Source of the DNA: a virus
Taxonomy: Duplodnaviria > Caudoviricetes
DNA length: 64,000 bases
Reading direction: 5' to 3' (one strand)
Virus record (IMG/VR): IMGVR_UViG_3300027747_002427
Both the position numbers and the translations under genes were made by a program. Shown here one piece after another: positions 9,051 to 18,533 of this stretch. The notes beneath the pieces are model-generated. The model made no database searches, was not told the origin of the DNA, and saw only the letters and a list, made by a program, of their open reading frames with translations. How positions within the stretch are numbered: the stretch's first letter is position 1; every line of letters starts with the position of its first letter.

Positions 9051-9686
9051 ATGGGAATGTTTGATACTATATATTGCGAAAGAAAACTACCTCTTACTAA
9101 AGAGATTAAGAAGGCCTTTCCAGACACTAATTGGTCTAAAGCAGACTTTCAAACTAAAGATTTGGATAATACAATGACTACCTATTCTATCAAAAAGAAT
9201 GGTACTCTTAATATTTTAAAGGTTGAAGGAGAAACTGTTCGAGTAATAACAGAAGAAGAAGAAAAGAAGATTCGCAAGCAAAAGAAATTTTGTTGGCCTT
9301 ATGAGTTTGTTGAGAAAAGTAGAACATACGAAAAGTATGAGTATACAGGTACAGTTAATTTTTATTATTATCGAGAAGACAATGACAATAATACATGGGA
9401 TCTAGAATTTACAGCAACATTTGTCAAAGGTAAGCTTACTGATCTTGTCCTTGATAGTGCTGAGATTATTCATACAGCTGAACAAAATGCAGCTAATGAA
9501 AAGGCTTGGAAGGATAGCTTAGCAGCTCATGAAAGACATCCTTGGACAAAGACGAAGAAATTTTTAAATAGTGTTACTTTTGGTTATTGGTCTATATTTT
9601 GGGGTAATAGAGTTTCCAGATCTCTTTATTGGATATCTCAAAATATACAAAAACTTCAACTCTGGATTGTTCGTAACCTTGCTTAA
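9051..9686 (+). CDS. Conserved phage hypothetical protein (MGMFD...FQTKD family)
   Basis: N-terminal MGMFDTIYC and FQTKDLDN motifs. Confidence 0.55.
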   Translation: MGMFDTIYCERKLPLTKEIKKAFPDTNWSKADFQTKDLDNTMTTYSIKKNGTLNILKVEGETVRVITEEEEKKIRKQKKFCWPYEFVEKSRTYEKYEYTGTVNFYYYREDNDNNTWDLEFTATFVKGKLTDLVLDSAEIIHTAEQNAANEKAWKDSLAAHERHPWTKTKKFLNSVTFGYWSIFWGNRVSRSLYWISQNIQKLQLWIVRNLA

Positions 9687-9687
9687 T

Positions 9688-9789
9688 ATGAAAGATCCTT
9701 TTGTACCAGCTCTTATTAGTTTAATGACTGTAGTCGCCTTTATTTGGTGGTTGACTATCAAGGGATATATTCTTATAATTTATCCATAA
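9688..9789 (+). CDS. 33-aa single-TM peptide
   Basis: MKDPFVPALISLMTVVAFIWWLTIKGYILIIYP. Confidence 0.4.
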   Translation: MKDPFVPALISLMTVVAFIWWLTIKGYILIIYP

Positions 9790-9897
9790 TATGAAATCAC
9801 TAGAAACAAAATTAGTCTGGTTAGGAGCAATTGTAATTTGTGCTACTTTCTGGTATGGCATATTCAAGATTATTAAATATTTTATTAATGAATATTT

Positions 9898-10755
9898 TTG
9901 AACATGAATAAGATTTTAGTTATAGGTGATATTCATAACCATTGGGTTAGAGCTGAAGCCATTGCATCAAAATACGATGATCATACTATTGTGTTTATCG
10001 GAGACTATTTTGATGACTTCGGTGATACTGCTATTGACGCTGATCAAACAGCTAGATGGCTTAAAGAGTCATTGACTAAGCCTAATCGAATCCATCTGAT
10101 GGGTAACCATGACATTAACTATTCCTACCTAAACTATAGGAAGGATAGTAAGGGTAATCTTCAGAACCTTTATCATTGCTCTGGGTACACTCTTCAGAAG
10201 GATGATGCTATTAATCGAGTTATGACCAATGAAGATTGGGATAAGATTAAGATGTATCATTACGAGAATGGCTGGTTCTTTACCCATGCTGGGCTTTCCC
10301 ATTATTGGTTTGAACACCCTGTTCTCGATACAACTCCTGAGATTATTACCAAGAAGCTTGATGAGGCTGTAGAGATGTATAAGAATCGGGAGTATACAGA
10401 TATTCTTGGAGCTGCTGGAAGGTGTAGAGGTGGTACTCACAAAGTAGGTGGCATTCTCTGGCATGATCACTTCAGAGAGTCTACTCCTCTTCCTTTTATT
10501 AAGCAGGTCTATGGTCATACTCCTAATACTACAACAGTAGGTCCTCTTATTGATATTGAAAAGGATGATGAATACTCAATCAATGTAAATGTTGATTGTG
10601 GTCTTCAAGAGGTCTTTAGAATTCATGAGGATGGTTCTGCAGGTCCCTTAAAAACAGATCTGCAGAACTTTTACTACGAAGCTAAAAAGAAAGACTTTGA
10701 TGCTATGATGAAGACTATTGACTCTCAGGCTTGGGGAGATTATAATAAGATATGA
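9898..10755 (+). CDS. Calcineurin-like metallophosphoesterase
   Basis: GDIH, GDYFD, GNHD, THAG and GHT motifs. Confidence 0.85.
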   Translation: MNMNKILVIGDIHNHWVRAEAIASKYDDHTIVFIGDYFDDFGDTAIDADQTARWLKESLTKPNRIHLMGNHDINYSYLNYRKDSKGNLQNLYHCSGYTLQKDDAINRVMTNEDWDKIKMYHYENGWFFTHAGLSHYWFEHPVLDTTPEIITKKLDEAVEMYKNREYTDILGAAGRCRGGTHKVGGILWHDHFRESTPLPFIKQVYGHTPNTTTVGPLIDIEKDDEYSINVNVDCGLQEVFRIHEDGSAGPLKTDLQNFYYEAKKKDFDAMMKTIDSQAWGDYNKI

Positions 10756-11108
10756 AGAAGATCCTAAAACCCAAACAGCACGAAGAAGCAAATTATTTTT
10801 CTGACTTTACTGGTCAACCTTTTGATAACTATTATGGTCCAGCAGTAGAATTAAAAGTTAATTTTAACTATGGGTCAAAGTATGATTGTTCTGAATTTAC
10901 TTTACATTTATCGGATAAAGATATTGAGCCAATTCTAGATCTCATTCAATCCAAGCTCAATTCAGACTTTAAAAAGGGGTTACATGATTTCTATTTAGGT
11001 GATGAGGAGCAATTACAGAATGCAATAGAAGCAAGAGATCATATGGAGTGTGAGTATAGGATATCCAACATGCGACTTATTAATAGACTTTTAGGGAATG
11101 AAGAATAA
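10752..11108 (+). CDS. Hypothetical protein
   Basis: 118 aa, overlapping neighbours. Confidence 0.5.
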   Translation: MKKILKPKQHEEANYFSDFTGQPFDNYYGPAVELKVNFNYGSKYDCSEFTLHLSDKDIEPILDLIQSKLNSDFKKGLHDFYLGDEEQLQNAIEARDHMECEYRISNMRLINRLLGNEE

Positions 11109-11472
11109 AAGTATGACAAACCATGAGAAAATTATAGCTCTGAATACAATCTGGTATGACCTGATTGGAGGAGAATATCATAAAGATCGAGATTGTCATT
11201 TTAGGATTTCTACTCATTATATGTATGGGGATAGAGTTGAATGGGAAGTTGAGCATCATGGATATATTCTACATGATAAAGAGGCTGAATTTAACACTTT
11301 AGAAGATGCTGAAACGTATCTTATTAATGATGTTCTTAAAAAAGGAATTTTAGAGGAAGTTGAATTTTATCTTGAACATTATGGAGACTCTAACTGGGAT
11401 CAGCATAACAGATACAATAAAGAGGGTTTACAAGAGATCATTACAAGAGTAATGTTAATAACAAAAGATTAA
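11098..11472 (+). CDS. Hypothetical protein
   Basis: 124 aa, overlapping neighbours. Confidence 0.5.
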   Translation: MKNKSMTNHEKIIALNTIWYDLIGGEYHKDRDCHFRISTHYMYGDRVEWEVEHHGYILHDKEAEFNTLEDAETYLINDVLKKGILEEVEFYLEHYGDSNWDQHNRYNKEGLQEIITRVMLITKD

Positions 11473-11480
11473 GTAATATT

Positions 11481-11648
11481 ATGAACCCATCATTGTTTAT
11501 ATTTCATATAGCAATGGTATTCTTGTTAATAGGTTTTGGTATATTTGGTTGGATGGTATATAAACCATTTAAGAAAGTTTATAAGAGAGGTAGGAAGGCT
11601 AAGAGAAGACTTAAAAAGTTTAATGAGTCTAAATCTCCTTCAAAGTAA
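11481..11648 (+). CDS. 55-aa single-TM peptide with basic tail
   Basis: MNPSLFIFHIAMVFLLIGFGIFGWMVYKPFKKVYKRGRKAKRR... Confidence 0.4.
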   Translation: MNPSLFIFHIAMVFLLIGFGIFGWMVYKPFKKVYKRGRKAKRRLKKFNESKSPSK

Positions 11649-12303
11649 CCTTACCTTCTTTGTCAATTATTAGATAGTGACAAGGTTCATCACAGAAAGA
11701 GCCTGAATTGTGATACTCTTTACCTGATTCTTCACACTTAAAGCTTTCGGCAAAATGGATATGCCCTCCAATAATGGCATCATAGTCTTTGTCCTTAATA
11801 TAGTCTAAGGCTTTATTCCTAATCTTTACCTTTACATTTAGGAATACTTTTGATGTTCTTTTTAACCATCTGGAGAACTTCTTTGATCTATCAATACTCT
11901 GGAAAAAATAATAAATGCTTTCAGCAATATGAGTTACAATAGGATATTTTTTAAGGAAAGAATCAAATTGATGAAAATGAATAAACAAGAACTTCTTATT
12001 ATTAATTGTTAATTCATACTTGTCAATAAACTCTAGTCCTAGAACCTTTATTAGGAATGTTGAATTAATGTCATGATTACCTTTAATGAGGGTAACTTCT
12101 TTCTTCTTGGCTATCTTTCTAATAAGAGCTAAAACTTTCCAGTGATGTTTCTTGTATCTTTCTATATGCTGATTATCAAATAGATCACCATTCACTATTA
12201 AATGATTATATTTTTCATTCTTTAGAACATTAACTACAGTTTTAACTTTAGAGACTGGGCTTCCTAAATGAATATCTGATATAACAAGAACATTGTCTTT
12301 CAT
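11629..12303 (-). CDS. LpxH/YbbF-like metallophosphoesterase
   Basis: ISDIHLG, NGDLFD, GNHD, IH.HQFD, GGHIH motifs. Confidence 0.75.
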   Translation of the reverse strand: MKDNVLVISDIHLGSPVSKVKTVVNVLKNEKYNHLIVNGDLFDNQHIERYKKHHWKVLALIRKIAKKKEVTLIKGNHDINSTFLIKVLGLEFIDKYELTINNKKFLFIHFHQFDSFLKKYPIVTHIAESIYYFFQSIDRSKKFSRWLKRTSKVFLNVKVKIRNKALDYIKDKDYDAIIGGHIHFAESFKCEESGKEYHNSGSFCDEPCHYLIIDKEGKVTLKEI

Positions 12304-12355
12304 TACATCTATTTATTTGACTTTCCATCCATTTGAGCTAATATTATATTAAAGT

Positions 12356-12532
12356 ATGAAACTACCTTTAGCATCAGTCTGGGTTGGAGATAAATGGATC
12401 TCTTTAAAGAATGTTGAGATTATCCAATACTATAAAGTAAGTGAAAAGACAGCTCTGCAGTTTAGATATGAAGGACAGGTCATGGAAAGTTATGTAGAAT
12501 TTCATGAGTTTGGAGTTGACACCTCCTCCTAA
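12356..12532 (+). CDS. 58-aa hypothetical protein
   Basis: MKLPLASVWVGDKWISL...; TTGACT promoter-like element upstream. Confidence 0.45.
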   Translation: MKLPLASVWVGDKWISLKNVEIIQYYKVSEKTALQFRYEGQVMESYVEFHEFGVDTSS

Positions 12533-12543
12533 AGCTATATAAT
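12516..12543 (+). promoter_or_regulatory. sigma70 consensus promoter
   Basis: TTGACA-N16-TATAAT, ATG 6 nt later. Confidence 0.75.
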
Positions 12544-12549
12544 AAGAAA

Positions 12550-13314
12550 ATGTTTAATTTATTCCCACAGAAGAAGTCAGTTGATGAGATACTAGAAGAC
12601 TCAAAGCCTAAGATTAATATAACTGCAGAATGGAATGAGCTTTTAAAGGAAGTTTTGCAGTTAAGACATTTGAAAGAAGAGAATGTTCAATTGATGGAGA
12701 GAATTAATGAGATTGATAGTGATGTAAATAGAGATTTACAAGATCAGCTTTTTACTCTTAAGAATGATTATGCTCTTCTTAGAGCTAAGAACAATACACT
12801 ACAAGAATTTATTGATACAAAAATAAAGGTAGACTGGAAGTCAGCAAGAATTGATATTCTTGAAAGAGATTTACAGAAATGTGCTGAACAAAGAGATGAA
12901 TATAAACATCAGCTCAATGCAGCTAATAAGGAGAATGAAAAGCTAAAGAAGGATATTGTAGACTATGTCTTTGACAAGGATGAAGAGATTGAAAAACTCA
13001 AAGCTCAAAAACATCCTATGTACCCTCTTTATTGGAGTGGACTTGATCCATTAATCCATGAACAAGTAAAGGATCTTACTATTGAAGAGACTATAGATAA
13101 GGTTAAAAAGAAAACACCTTGGGTTGAAGAGCCTGTTGATTGGAAAGGAGACACAACAGAAAAGTCTTGGAAGTGTCCTTGTAATAAATGCAAAGAGATT
13201 AAGAAAGGGACTTCTTGGGAAGAAGCAGCATCTGATTTGGCTTTGAGAGCTGTAAAGCTTGAAAAGCAAATAAAAGAGCTTACACTTATTAAACTATGCC
13301 AGAAGCCATCTTAA
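12550..13314 (+). CDS. Coiled-coil protein
   Basis: Heptad-rich E/K/L sequence; CPCNKC near C-terminus. Confidence 0.55.
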   Translation: MFNLFPQKKSVDEILEDSKPKINITAEWNELLKEVLQLRHLKEENVQLMERINEIDSDVNRDLQDQLFTLKNDYALLRAKNNTLQEFIDTKIKVDWKSARIDILERDLQKCAEQRDEYKHQLNAANKENEKLKKDIVDYVFDKDEEIEKLKAQKHPMYPLYWSGLDPLIHEQVKDLTIEETIDKVKKKTPWVEEPVDWKGDTTEKSWKCPCNKCKEIKKGTSWEEAASDLALRAVKLEKQIKELTLIKLCQKPS

Positions 13315-13526
13315 AGTTCAATCTTCCTGAGGAGCAAAGTGAATTTGATATAGCAAATAATGCTGGAAAATATTATTCTGTTCTTTGGGATTTAGATCAG
13401 TATCTTAGAAACTGTGTCAAGTATCCAACAGAAGGTGCTCCAAAGCTTCTTACAAATACTATGGATCAGGTAAGAGCTGAATTGCACAGCTTAATGAAAT
13501 CTTATCATATTGATTTTAATATATGA
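13296..13526 (+). CDS. Conserved phage hypothetical protein
   Basis: MPEAILKFNLPEEQ N-terminal pattern. Confidence 0.5.
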   Translation: MPEAILKFNLPEEQSEFDIANNAGKYYSVLWDLDQYLRNCVKYPTEGAPKLLTNTMDQVRAELHSLMKSYHIDFNI

Positions 13527-13640
13527 AATTTTATATAACAGAGTTTAAAGCAACGCCCGATTCCTATTGGATTATGGATATAGGGGGTAGAAAGGTTAGA
13601 AGGTTTATTGAATGGCTTTGGTTTAGAATTGAATATTAAT

Positions 13641-14168
13641 ATGAAGCCTACAGTTGTATGGATTACTGGATTATCGGGTGCTGGTAAGACAACTGTAGCC
13701 GAACTTTTAGAACAGTATTGTTTCTATAAAGGTCGTAAGGTAGGTTTATTAGATGGGGATGTTATTCGAGCAACATATGAAAAGCCAAAAGGCTTTGATA
13801 TGAAGAGTAGGGAGAGGATGGTTAATGAAATGGTCTATAGAGTTAGAAATATGGTGGAGTTTCAAAAAGTTGATGTCACTATTGTTGCTATGATATCACC
13901 TCTTCAGTCTATGAGAGATAACGCTCGTAAGCTCTTGACATCTTACTCTGGTGCTAAGTTTGTAGAGGTTTATTTAGATACACCATTAGAGATTTGTGAG
14001 CAAAGAGATCCAAAAGGTCTTTATAAAAAAGCTCGAGCTGGTGAGATCAAAAACTTTACAGGTATTGATTCAATCTATGAGCCAGCAACACACGCTGAAG
14101 TTATAATTCCCTTTAATTATACAGTTGAACAATCTATAGAACTAATATATAATTCAATAATAATATGA
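13641..14168 (+). CDS. cysC: Adenylyl-sulfate (APS) kinase
   Basis: WITGLSGAGKTT, LLDGD, ISP, EVYLDTPLEICEQRDPKGLYKKARAGEIKNFTGIDSIYE; start moved to MKPTVVW. Confidence 0.93.
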   Translation: MKPTVVWITGLSGAGKTTVAELLEQYCFYKGRKVGLLDGDVIRATYEKPKGFDMKSRERMVNEMVYRVRNMVEFQKVDVTIVAMISPLQSMRDNARKLLTSYSGAKFVEVYLDTPLEICEQRDPKGLYKKARAGEIKNFTGIDSIYEPATHAEVIIPFNYTVEQSIELIYNSIII

Positions 14169-14665
14169 CAACAAAAAAAGTATTACAACCAACTAATGAT
14201 GTTTATATTCAGTTTACTGAAGAAGAGTTAAGCTCTATTGGAGCAGGGCCCGGAACTAAATTTGAAACTAAACTTCATGATGACGGTTCTATTGAGCTTC
14301 GTCCTTATGTTGGTATTGAGCTTGATATAGCAGATTGGCCAAGAGAAGTTCTTGAAATGATTATTAAGGATTCTTGCGAGCAAGATATTTCAGTTAACGA
14401 TGTTATTAATAATTTATTAAAAGAATCTTTGGACAAATATCCAACTGATAAAGATCTAAAACAAGCCAAAGAAGAACTTCTTCTAGAAAGAGCTGTTATT
14501 GATCCAGATGTTATAAATAAAGATACTAGCATATGTGGTAATAATGAGATTGAAAAGGATATTCTTTATAAAGCACCAGAAAATCCTAATTGGTATAATA
14601 TAAAAGACTCGAGCAATCGCTCAAAAGAGTGGAATAGAGATTATTTAAACGAGATAGATAATTAA
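14165..14665 (+). CDS. Hypothetical protein (possible AbrB-like N-terminus)
   Basis: IQFTEEELSSIGAGPGTKFETKLHDDGSIELRP. Confidence 0.45.
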   Translation: MTTKKVLQPTNDVYIQFTEEELSSIGAGPGTKFETKLHDDGSIELRPYVGIELDIADWPREVLEMIIKDSCEQDISVNDVINNLLKESLDKYPTDKDLKQAKEELLLERAVIDPDVINKDTSICGNNEIEKDILYKAPENPNWYNIKDSSNRSKEWNRDYLNEIDN

Positions 14666-14669
14666 TGAT

Positions 14670-15251
14670 ATGAATAAAATATTATTACTATCTGCATTGC
14701 TTGTTGTGGGATGCACTTATTATACAGAAAAACAGTCTGAGGCTCTTAGTCAAAATGTTTATGCTACAAATGATTCTCTTAATAAAGCAAGAGTTGACTT
14801 AGCTTATTATTATTCAGACCAAACAACAAGACTTGTTAAACCTCCAAAGAAAAAGATTGATATTCAACCTATTTATCAAGCAGGAGAGGTAGTAAAAGAT
14901 GCTAAAGCCGGTGAAAAGACAAGAGTGGTTATTGTTCCTAGCCAATATAAAGGTGATAAAGTTGTAGTGGTTGATTCTGTTGAGTATCAAGATTTATTAA
15001 AGGTTAAGGCTATTGCCGAGCAATTAAAGAAAGATAACGCAAACCTTGCAAATGCCAAGGAGAATACAGATAAGGAATTAGCAAAGCAAGCAGAATACAC
15101 AAATAAGATGATTAAGGATTTAAATCATCTTCAAGCTGAGGTCTATAAGAAGGATTTAGCTATCTTATGGAGAAACATTATTATTGGAGTTTTATTGGCT
15201 TCAATTGGTGGTTATATCTACTTGAGAATGAACAGTTTCTTAATGTTTTAG
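14670..15251 (+). CDS. Lipoprotein with C-terminal TM (unimolecular spanin candidate)
   Basis: Lipobox LLVVG-C at residue 15; coiled coil; C-terminal TM NIIIGVLLASIGGYIYL; next to holin and endolysin candidates. Confidence 0.6.
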   Translation: MNKILLLSALLVVGCTYYTEKQSEALSQNVYATNDSLNKARVDLAYYYSDQTTRLVKPPKKKIDIQPIYQAGEVVKDAKAGEKTRVVIVPSQYKGDKVVVVDSVEYQDLLKVKAIAEQLKKDNANLANAKENTDKELAKQAEYTNKMIKDLNHLQAEVYKKDLAILWRNIIIGVLLASIGGYIYLRMNSFLMF

Positions 15252-15284
15252 TTGAAAATCCAGGTTTTATCCATAAATATTAAT

Positions 15285-15413
15285 ATGGATAAATTCATTA
15301 AAACAATTTCATCTGTAGTTAATTCAGTCATAGACTGGATTACTCGTAACCCAAAAACATCTCTAGCCATTCTTATTTTTGTAATTGGCTTCATTATCGG
15401 TACTCTTTTCTAA
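15285..15413 (+). CDS. 42-aa membrane peptide in lysis region
   Basis: MDKFIKTISSVVNSVIDWITRNPKTSLAILIFVIGFIIGTLF. Confidence 0.5.
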   Translation: MDKFIKTISSVVNSVIDWITRNPKTSLAILIFVIGFIIGTLF

Positions 15414-15539
15414 GAGCTAATAATATGTGTGAATATCATACCCCATACTATCGCTATGCCTTAATGTATACGTATTGTCTTTGTTTAGGATTTGGTTTGG
15501 CTCGTTCTTTAATTTATCATCTAGGGTAAATACCTATAG

Positions 15540-15968
15540 ATGTGGCAAAACATAGTTAATATAGTTCAATCTGCTGGTGCTTTTCTTAGTAATGACAAAG
15601 CACCCCCAAATACCCCTGCTCGTTTAGAACAACAATTAGAGGATACAAATCATTTAGCATCTAAAAAATTCTTTGTTATTTTTAGTGCTGCAATTGCTCT
15701 TATAACAATTTACTTTGCCAGTGTTGGTATTCTATTTTTTATACCCAGGACTCCTGAATTAATAGTATCATATACTACAATCTTCAGTAAGATGATGGAA
15801 ATATTTGCGGTTATTGTAGCAACATATCTCGGTGCTCAAGGTATAGTTGATTTAAAATATAATAGTTCATCCAATGTATCATTAGAAGGAGAGGTAGAAG
15901 TGTATGAGGAAATTTTAACTAATAATACAAAAGAAGATGACTATCACATATCGGAGGTTGAAGTATGA
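15540..15968 (+). CDS. Holin-like two-TM protein
   Basis: Two TMs, acidic C-terminus, overlaps the endolysin start. Confidence 0.55.
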   Translation: MWQNIVNIVQSAGAFLSNDKAPPNTPARLEQQLEDTNHLASKKFFVIFSAAIALITIYFASVGILFFIPRTPELIVSYTTIFSKMMEIFAVIVATYLGAQGIVDLKYNSSSNVSLEGEVEVYEEILTNNTKEDDYHISEVEV

Positions 15969-16576
15969 AAAATCCATCTACAAAAGCTTTAGCATTAATT
16001 TTAGAATATGAAGTAGGAGGTGGTAAATCTTATTATGATAAATATTTGTCTAAACCTACATGGCCAGGAGGAGCTAGTGGATTTACTTTAGGTATAGGTG
16101 TAGATTGTGGATATTATACACCTACAGAGCTAGAAAAGCTTTTTATTTTTTTACCGAAGAATCAATTAGAGATAGTCAAAGGAGCTTCTGGCAAGACTGG
16201 TCAAGCAGGAAAAGAATACACTCAGAAGTATAAAAATAGTGGTATAGTTGTGTCTTGGGATCAGGCTCTTAAAATATTCAATGAACTTATTTGGGGAAAA
16301 TTTGCTAGACTTGCAGAAAAGGCTTTTCCTGGATTAGATCAATTATGTGATGATGCCTATGGTGCTATTGTTTCTTTGGTGTTCAATAGAGGTTCTTCAT
16401 TATCTGGTGATAGTAGACTTGAAATGCGTAATATTCGTGATTTAGTTCCTAAAAAAGATTATAAAGGTATTGCAAATGAATTAAGAAAAATGAAGCGTAT
16501 ATGGCAGGGTAAAGGATTAGACGGATTAATTACTAGAAGAGAAGCTGAAGCCAAATTGGTAGAAACCTGCATATGA
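15965..16576 (+). CDS. Endolysin (pesticin/GH24-like muramidase)
   Basis: ILEYE catalytic Glu, SGFTLGIGVDCG, IVSLVFNRG, GLITRREAEA. Confidence 0.8.
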   Translation: MKNPSTKALALILEYEVGGGKSYYDKYLSKPTWPGGASGFTLGIGVDCGYYTPTELEKLFIFLPKNQLEIVKGASGKTGQAGKEYTQKYKNSGIVVSWDQALKIFNELIWGKFARLAEKAFPGLDQLCDDAYGAIVSLVFNRGSSLSGDSRLEMRNIRDLVPKKDYKGIANELRKMKRIWQGKGLDGLITRREAEAKLVETCI

Positions 16577-16818
16577 GTTTATCCCAAATATATACAACTC
16601 ACGTAAAACACAATCCTATTAATAATTTTATTTCTTCTATTGGAGGTATGCCTCAAATAGAAAAAGATCCTACAATTACTAAATTAGAAAGAGATGTTAT
16701 GCTTCAAATGCAGCATTTAATGCCTAAAGAAGAGATAATCCAGCAACCTCAAACATCGGTTAAAACATTATCCCCGGAAGAAGCTTTAAAAGAGTTGATT
16801 AACCTATCAAAATCTTAG
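16573..16818 (+). CDS. Hypothetical protein
   Basis: 81 aa ORF. Confidence 0.45.
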   Translation: MSLSQIYTTHVKHNPINNFISSIGGMPQIEKDPTITKLERDVMLQMQHLMPKEEIIQQPQTSVKTLSPEEALKELINLSKS

Positions 16819-16829
16819 AGAATATTTGA

Positions 16830-17144
16830 GTGAATTATTTTGATATAAATGAAAAATTAAAAGAAGAATTGGTTTTAAATTATCAAGCCATTTTTGCCAA
16901 AACAATTTTTTTATCAGCTGGTAATCTTTTATTACCAGAACCATTTTACGAAACCGCTGTATTATGGGAAAAAAATACAGATATAGAAATTTTACAAAAA
17001 GCTTATAAGCTAATAGTAAAACATCAAAAAAAATTAGGAGAACAAATGACAGATCCTATTTTTGAATATAGTTTACAAAAACCTTCAATGGTTTGGGCAA
17101 CATTCACACAACCCTTAAGTGATGCGAAATACATAGAAGATTAG
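16830..17144 (+). CDS. Hypothetical protein
   Basis: 104 aa ORF. Confidence 0.45.
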   Translation: MNYFDINEKLKEELVLNYQAIFAKTIFLSAGNLLLPEPFYETAVLWEKNTDIEILQKAYKLIVKHQKKLGEQMTDPIFEYSLQKPSMVWATFTQPLSDAKYIED

Positions 17145-17177
17145 GCCACTTTTAATATAAGTAAATATAATTCTCAT

Positions 17178-17591
17178 ATGAGTTATCAGCCAGACCCTAC
17201 GAGTGATAAGTTTATAGAAAAGCTAAACGTTTTTGAATCGAGACACAGGCCTTTTATTAATTTAATTATTAAGCCATTGCTTACAATGACTGTATTCTTA
17301 GCTGTGGGGTACTATACTATGTGGATGTCCACTACATATGTTAAGCAGGATAAATTTGTTGATTATATGAAACAACAAATTGAATTAGATAAAAAACAAG
17401 ATGAGATTCTTAAAACCCGTTTTGAAGTAACTCAAGGTAAATTAGAAATTATAATAAATAATCAAGTATCGTTTACAGAACAATTAAAAACCTATAATCA
17501 ATTATTAGGTGGATTCCAAAAACAATTAGACAATATTGATGGTAGAGTAACATATTTAGAAAGGCGTCCCGCTGCTATACCAGCAAATTAA
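17178..17591 (+). CDS. Single-TM coiled-coil protein
   Basis: TM IIKPLLTMTVFLAVGYYTMW then heptads. Confidence 0.55.
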   Translation: MSYQPDPTSDKFIEKLNVFESRHRPFINLIIKPLLTMTVFLAVGYYTMWMSTTYVKQDKFVDYMKQQIELDKKQDEILKTRFEVTQGKLEIIINNQVSFTEQLKTYNQLLGGFQKQLDNIDGRVTYLERRPAAIPAN

Positions 17592-17612
17592 GGTATAAAG
17601 ATAAATAATTTT

Positions 17613-17801
17613 ATGCCTTATAAAATTAAAAAGAAAAATGGCGGTTATAAAGTCTGTAAAGTAAGTGGCAAATGTTTTAGTAAAAAACCACTTACAAAGA
17701 AAAAAGCACAAGCTCAAAGAGCAGCAATTGCTATTAATTCATACGAATCTTTAAAACCTTCTTTAAATCAACTCATAGAAGACGTCTTGAAATTCCAATA
17801 A
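17613..17801 (+). CDS. Small basic conserved phage protein
   Basis: MPYKIKK...GKCFSKKPLTKKKAQAQRAAI pattern. Confidence 0.55.
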   Translation: MPYKIKKKNGGYKVCKVSGKCFSKKPLTKKKAQAQRAAIAINSYESLKPSLNQLIEDVLKFQ

Positions 17802-17819
17802 TACCCCCTAAGTATTATT

Positions 17820-17996
17820 GTGAAAAATAAGAGATTTTGTTATCGTCAAGGGGTTATATTAACAGAAGCACATCCTATTCTTTTAAAGGGTCAAGTAGTA
17901 GAAATTATAGAAGAAGCTGGGCCTCATTATGTTGTAAGAGTTAATATAAATAGTCCAGTTTTTATTTTAAACAGACAAGATGTTTTAGTAAATTAA
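17820..17996 (+). CDS. 58-aa SH3-like protein (GTG start)
   Basis: CCCCTAAGTATT upstream; KGQVVEIIEEAGPHYVVRV. Confidence 0.45.
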   Translation: MKNKRFCYRQGVILTEAHPILLKGQVVEIIEEAGPHYVVRVNINSPVFILNRQDVLVN

Positions 17997-17998
17997 TC

Positions 17999-18430
17999 TT
18001 GATTTTACCTAATAACATATCATATATTAATTGTATGATTCATGTAGCATTAGCAAATATAGAAAGCCAAGTAATTAAAGGCATGGTTTTAGAAGCTCCA
18101 GTTAATTCCATTGCATATGATGAGTCGGATAAACCAATTTTAATAGAAAAAGGTGCAATATTCAAGGTGACTCATAATAACCGCATTGGAATCAATAGAT
18201 ATCGCATTAATTTACAGGATATTAAGACAGGTGAGAAGCGATACCAGATGAATTATGGCATTGGTAAGAATAAAAATGGTAATCCGGTTTGGTCTCGCAG
18301 AAAGGATTTAGAAAACCCTGAAGACATTCCTCTTTGCTATTCTTTAAAAACAAAAAACCCTCTTTTCAGAAAAGTTCCTGGAGAAAAAAGATATATCTAT
18401 ACTAAATTAGATACACCAATAAGATTTTAA
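17999..18430 (+). CDS. Hypothetical protein
   Basis: ORF track; exact start uncertain. Confidence 0.45.
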   Translation: MILPNNISYINCMIHVALANIESQVIKGMVLEAPVNSIAYDESDKPILIEKGAIFKVTHNNRIGINRYRINLQDIKTGEKRYQMNYGIGKNKNGNPVWSRRKDLENPEDIPLCYSLKTKNPLFRKVPGEKRYIYTKLDTPIRF

Positions 18431-18432
18431 TT

Positions 18433-18506
18433 GCCTGGTTAGTTTAATGGTAAAACGGTTGATTTGTAATCATCAAACAAGAGTTCGATTCTCTTACTAG
18501 GCTCCA
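18433..18506 (+). tRNA. tRNA-Thr(UGU)
   Basis: Acceptor GCCTGGT/ACTAGGC; loop TT-TGT-AA; GTTCGATT T-loop; CCA encoded. Confidence 0.88.
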
Positions 18507-18533
18507 CCATCCTTGTAGGGGGTAAGTATTTAT

